A stretch of DNA of 64,000 bases, taken from contig OX597814.1 in NCBI GenBank assembly GCA_951406725.2, positions 206,770,001 through 206,834,000 on the forward strand, written 5' to 3'. The DNA comes from Octopus vulgaris. Lineage: Eukaryota. Under the pieces are notes generated by a model. The model ran no database searches and had not been told where the DNA came from. It saw only the letters and a program-made list of their open reading frames with translations. Positions within the stretch are counted from its first letter, which is position 1; each line of letters opens with the position of its first letter. Made by a program: the position numbers and the translations under genes. Below, in pieces: positions 58,720 through 64,000 of the stretch.

Positions 58720-61700
58720 TAGCCAAAACTGAAGTCGGGTCAGAGGAAATATTAACAATGACAAATATTAGTAGAAAAAATGAAAATAATAATAACACAA
58801 GGAAGTGGTTGGAATCTCCGTATGCTCTGATTGATGATGCATCTAGTGATGGTGTCACAATAAAAACACTGGTAATTGCGTAACCTGATAATGGCCACCT
58901 CATATGAGTGACAATGACAAAAATATTGTGAATAACGATGGTAATGAAACTGAAGCCCTTGATGATGACATTGATGACAGTGTTGCACTTAGCAAGCTCA
59001 GAGATACTGGTCCGACTCCAAGCCTGTCGTTATCCAGTAAAGGAGTAGCACACACGGCGTAGATGGAACAAACAAATCAATGCCGTGGTCATGGGGTGTT
59101 GCAATTTGAGTAACTCCAAAGATGAAAATGGTGTTCATCTTAGGGGATACCAACAATGTATGTATGATCAATGGAGAGAAAGAAGATTGTTTCAACTCAT
59201 GGAACAGAGATTATGTGATCAAGCTAGAGCAACAAGAAAAATTCGTTGGTTCACAGAAGTAGAGCTTGAAGCTCTCAAAAGATGGGTATTGGAAAACAGC
59301 AGCAGAGGAAAATACAGTTCCTACTGGTAAAAGAAATCTCATAGCAGAAAACAGAGGTGAAATTTCTAATAAAGCACAGGAATGAGAGATATATACAGGG
59401 GTTGGACAAAATAATGGAAAAACATAGCATCATAAGTTTGAAATATCTATAAAACCATCAAAAGCTTGTTTCTTTTTATGTTTTTTTTTATTTAGTATCT
59501 GTGTTGCTTTATATGTTTTGCTAAAATTGCTATTTATTTTCAGATATCATCAGAAAAAGGTAATTAAAATGACAGATCTATCAGACTTTCAAAGAGGTAA
59601 AAATAGTTGGTATTCGTATGGCAGGCATTAGCATAACGGAAACAGCCGAAATGTTTGGTGTATCAAGAAGAACTGTCTCAAAAGTAATGCAAGCCTTTGA
59701 GAAAGAGGGAAAAAATTCCTTGTCGAAACAAAACTCAGGAAGAAAAGCAAAACTTTCAGACAGGGGCTGTCAGACTCTTACGTGAATTGTTAGAAAGAAT
59801 CACAAAAGTACAGCTCCCAAAATTACTGGAGAGCTTAATGACCACCTCGAGAACCCAGTTTCCACAAAAACCGTTCACCGGGAACTGCACAAAGCCAGAT
59901 TTCATGCGGGAGCTGTAATCAGAAAACCACTACTTTCAAAAACAAACGTTACAAAGCGTTCAGAGTGGAGTAAAAACCTACAGAATTGGTCCCTAGAGCA
60001 ATGGAAGAATGTTATTTTCTCGGACGAGTCATCCTTTGCCTACTTCCAAACACCAGCTGAGTATACGTGTGGAAACAGCCAAAAGAAGCATTTGACTGAC
60101 TGCCTTCTTCTAGCTGTTAAACATGGAGGAGGATCTGTGATGGTCGTAGGGGGGTGGCTATATCTTGGAAATCCGCCAGCCCAATGGTTTCCTTTCATGG
60201 CAGAATTAATAGTCAAGATTATTTAAGTATTTTATCCAATCAAATTCAACCTATGGCTGCGGAACAGATTCCGGAGGGAAACACAATCTTTCAGGATGAT
60301 AATGCACCAATTCACACAGCTAAAGTTGATACTGAATGGCACAAGGAACATTCTAATGAAGATGAACATCTTATCTGGCCACCACAGTCCCCCGGATCTC
60401 AATATTATTGAACATTTATGGTGCATTTTAGAAAAACAATTAAGGAGTCAATATCTTCCAACATCATCACTCCAAGAACTGGAGACTGTTTTAGCTGAAG
60501 AATGGACAAAAATTTCTTTGGAAACAAGTCAAAATTTGTACCAGTCCATACCTCATAGAATTCAAGCTGTAATTACTGCCAAAGGCAGTTCTACCCCATA
60601 TTAAAATAAATGTTTGAAATGTTAAGGTGTTTCCTTTATTATGTCTAACCCCTGTAGATGGTCAGGAGGAAGACAATAAAACTAATGGTGACATGAGAGA
60701 TAGGAAAAAGGCAAGGTTAAAGGTGAACAATAGCGACATTATTTGCAACCTTAAAAAGGTTGATCGATGGAAATTGAACCAAGAAACGAAAAATGTCAAT
60801 GAAATTCTGAAATACATCAGAACAAACAACATCACAGAAACAAATAATTTGATCAAGGCAGCAAGTATTGTTGTAGCAGAAAATGTGGGTGTTGATGTCA
60901 AGAAAAAGAAACATAATGGGAGTGACAAAAGAAAAGATCCATGGTGGAAAAGAAGAATACAGGTGGGGTTAGATATGCCCCCGAAGGAAATCCCTGTGCT
61001 AGACTGAAAAGAGTAAGGGAAGCTTAAAAGCAAACAACAATACAGGGCACTGAAAAGGAAGTATAATATCGAAAGAAAGGGCCTGAAAGTAGTAATGGAG
61101 GAACTGAAGCAGTGCCTCGTTGCCAAGAAAGCAAAGATGGTAAGATACGACCAAAGAATGAAGGGTTACCAACAGAATAGGTTATTCAGATCAGAAGAGA
61201 TTCTATAAAGAAATAAATGGACAGTGTACAGATGAAAAGTTGATACCAGATAACAGGTTTTGGAGTGACATCTGGAGCACAAGAAGGATGCTGAATGGTT
61301 ACAAGAACTGAAACAAACAGTAGTCTGTCCAAAACAGGCAGAACTAGCCATTTCAGTTAGGGAAGTGAAGGAAATCAGCAAAAAAATGAGCAACTGGAAG
61401 GCCTCGGGACCAGATGGAGTTCAAGGCTACTGGATTTGGTGAATGTCATGCATGAATAGCTGCACAACTCAACACCTTGTTAAATACCATCCAAGGAAAA
61501 CCAGAGTGGTTGACATTGGGTAGAACAGTGCTGTGCCTGATCAACATTGAAAATTGGTAGACAATTACAGGCCGATATCCTGTCTGCGATTTATGTGGAA
61601 ATTATTGACTGGAATACTTGCAGAGTCAATGTATGACCATCTGGAAAGAAATGGAGTCCTGCCACATGAGCAGAAGGGCTGCAAGTGTAAGTGTAGAGGT

Positions 61701-63520
61701 ATGAAGGATCAACTCCTGATAGATAAAACTGTGCTCAGAGACTGCAAGAGGAGGAAAACTAATTTAGCCATGTCATGGATCGATTATCGTAAGGCATACT
61801 ACATGGTCCCACATTCTTGGATTATGGAGTGTATGAACCTATTTGGTATTCCATCGAATGTTGAGCGATTGCTTGGAGAAAGTATGGTGAATTAGAGGAC
61901 GGAACTGACAGCATATGGAAGAAGTTTAAGGACAATAGAAATCAGGAGGGGCATCTTGCAAGGGGACTGTCTGTCCCCACTGATCTTTGTACTGTGCTTG
62001 ATACCACTAACACTGATTCTGAGGAAAGCAAAAACTGGGTATGTATTCAAAAGCCGCCAACAAAAAGTTGACCATTTGTTATTCATGGATGACCTCAAAC
62101 TGAAGCCCAAGTCAGTTCCCTCATTGATACGGTGTACACCTTCAGTGCTGATATCAGAATGGAGTTCGGACTCAGGAAGTGTGGTGTGTTAGTCATGAAG
62201 AGAAGCAAAATAAAATGTATGGATCAGCTAATAATACCATCGGGGGAGGTTATGAAGCAGATAGAAGAGATGGGCCAGAAGAACTTGGGGAATTTGGAAA
62301 TGGATAAATTGATGGAGAACTGATCCTTAATTCGAAATTAAATGGATCCTTAATTCGAAATTAAATGGATGGAATAAGATCAAAGCCATCAACAGCTGGG
62401 CGGTTTCACTCTTCAGATATGGAGCAGGGGTAATCGCATGGACAGAAGATGAACTAAACAGCTTAGACAGAAAGATAAGGAAGTTGCTAACAAGATATGG
62501 GACATTCCTCACAAAAAGTGACACAAACAGACTGTATATACCAAGTAAAAGTGCGACAAGAGGACTGATTGGATGCGAACACAGCATTAGAGCAGAAGAA
62601 AACAACATAGCATGGTATGTAAAAAATGCCACAGAATAGCTAATATTAGAAGTAAGAAGGCAGACTTGTGTAGGATGAAAGATTGCAAAGATAAAGCACT
62701 CTACAAGAAATTGAAAACGAATGAAACTGAAAATAGGTGGGTAAAGAAAAGAATGCATGGTCAATTTCATAGGGATGCTGAAGATAAGACAGAGATAAAA
62801 GATGACTGAGGATGACTAAAAGTGATTTAAAACCAGGAATGGCAGGTCTAATCTGTGCTGCCCAAGATCAGGCACTAAGAACAAACTACATAAAATACAG
62901 AATAGACAACACAGCAGAAAGTGATAAGTGCAGAAATGGTGAACAAAATGGTGAAACCATGTGCCATATTACCAGTCAATGTACGCCACTAGCCCAGAAG
63001 GAATATAAGAGATGCCACAATATAGCAAGGCTTGTCCATTGGACACTTTGCAACAAGTATGGATTTGACAGAGCAAAATATTGGTACGACCACAAACCCA
63101 AAGGCATCATTGAAAATGATAAGGCAGAGATCCTGTGGGATTTTCTGATTCAGTGGGACCATGAGATTGAAAATTAGAAGTCGGACATAGTCTTGATTGA
63201 GAAAGAAAACAAACTATGCTGGATCATAGATATAGCATGCCCAGCTGACAACAAGGTATGTGAAAAGGAAGAAAGAAAATTCAAGAGATATGACAGGTTA
63301 GCTTAGGGGGTTAAGCAGTGTTGTCACTAGAAAAGGTGGTAGTAGTACCAGTAATTGTCGGAACTCTGGGAACAGTGACTAAATATCTTGAGAAGTACAT
63401 GGAATAAATAGGGGCTGCAATAAGAGTGGAGCACTTGCAGAAAGTAGCAGTGCTTGGAACTGCTTGAATACATCTCCAGCATTAGAAACTGTGCAAAGAC
63501 AATAATAATAATAATAATAA
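58720..63520 (+). mobile_element. Degenerate R4/Dong-like non-LTR element (RT + zinc finger + restriction-like endonuclease), interrupted by Tc1
   Basis: [79 protein letters not shown], ending in (AAT)n. The 5' boundary is uncertain. Confidence 0.85.
59396..60654 (+). mobile_element. Complete-length Tc1 DNA transposon with broken DDE transposase
   Basis: TIRs caggggttggacaaaataatggaaa / tttcctttattatgtctaacccctg, TA on both sides (59394-95, 60655-56). FSDES, FQDDNAPIH and SPDLNIIEHLW motifs lie in shifted frames. Confidence 0.92.
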
Positions 63521-63555
63521 TCATTTTGTAATTGTGCATATATATAAAAATGTAT

Positions 63556-63614
<59 letters not shown>

Positions 63615-63724
63615 TGTATGTATGTATGTATATATACAAATTTTTTTTGTCATTCTATATATGCATATGTATGTTCTAAAAATGAGGAAAGCAAAACATT
63701 GTGAAACAAAAATATGCATATAGC

Positions 63725-64000
63725 AACATTCGAGAGTGGTCGATGCCAGTGCTGCCTGACTGGCTCCCATGCTGGTGGCACGTAAAAAGCACCATTCGAA
63801 CATGGTTGTTGCCAGTACTGCCTGACTGGCCCTCATGCCGGTGGCAAGTAAAAGCCACCCACTACACTCTCGGAGTGGTTGGCATTAGGAAGGGCATCAA
63901 GCTGTAGAAACACTGCCAGATCAGATTGGAGCCTGGTGCAGCCTTCTGGTTTGCCAGTCCTCAGTCAACCTGTCCCACCCATTCCAGCATGGAAAGCAGA
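63725..64000 (+). mobile_element. RTE 3' tail fragment (runs off the window)
   Basis: Same tail modules. Confidence 0.82.

Overview
Eukaryotic, AT-rich and repeat-dense DNA. The SINE/RTE families look like those I recognise from octopus (coleoid cephalopod) genomes; this is an inference. The only host genes are two paralogous PARP14/15-like mono-ADP-ribosyltransferases arranged tail-to-tail as an inverted segmental duplication (1-3012 vs 30088-30141 + 33931-38119). Copy A contributes only its last exon (1508-1770, +). Copy B (-) shows three catalytic-domain exons, a candidate upstream micro-exon, and a 1-nt frameshift in its last exon. By hand count the shared exon is more diverged than the flanking non-coding DNA, and the changes are mostly amino-acid replacements. 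The rest is nested mobile DNA: at least 8 Penelope-like (RT + GIY-YIG) relics with hammerhead-like motifs and fold-back ends, five RTE-clade LINE copies plus many 3' tails, tRNA-derived SINEs, Tx1/L1-like, CR1-like and R4/Dong-like LINEs, Tc1 transposons, and 24-, 19- and 146-bp tandem repeats. There is also an intact-looking tRNA-Thr(TGT) abutting an RTE tail. Repeat boundaries are approximate and all identities are hand estimates.
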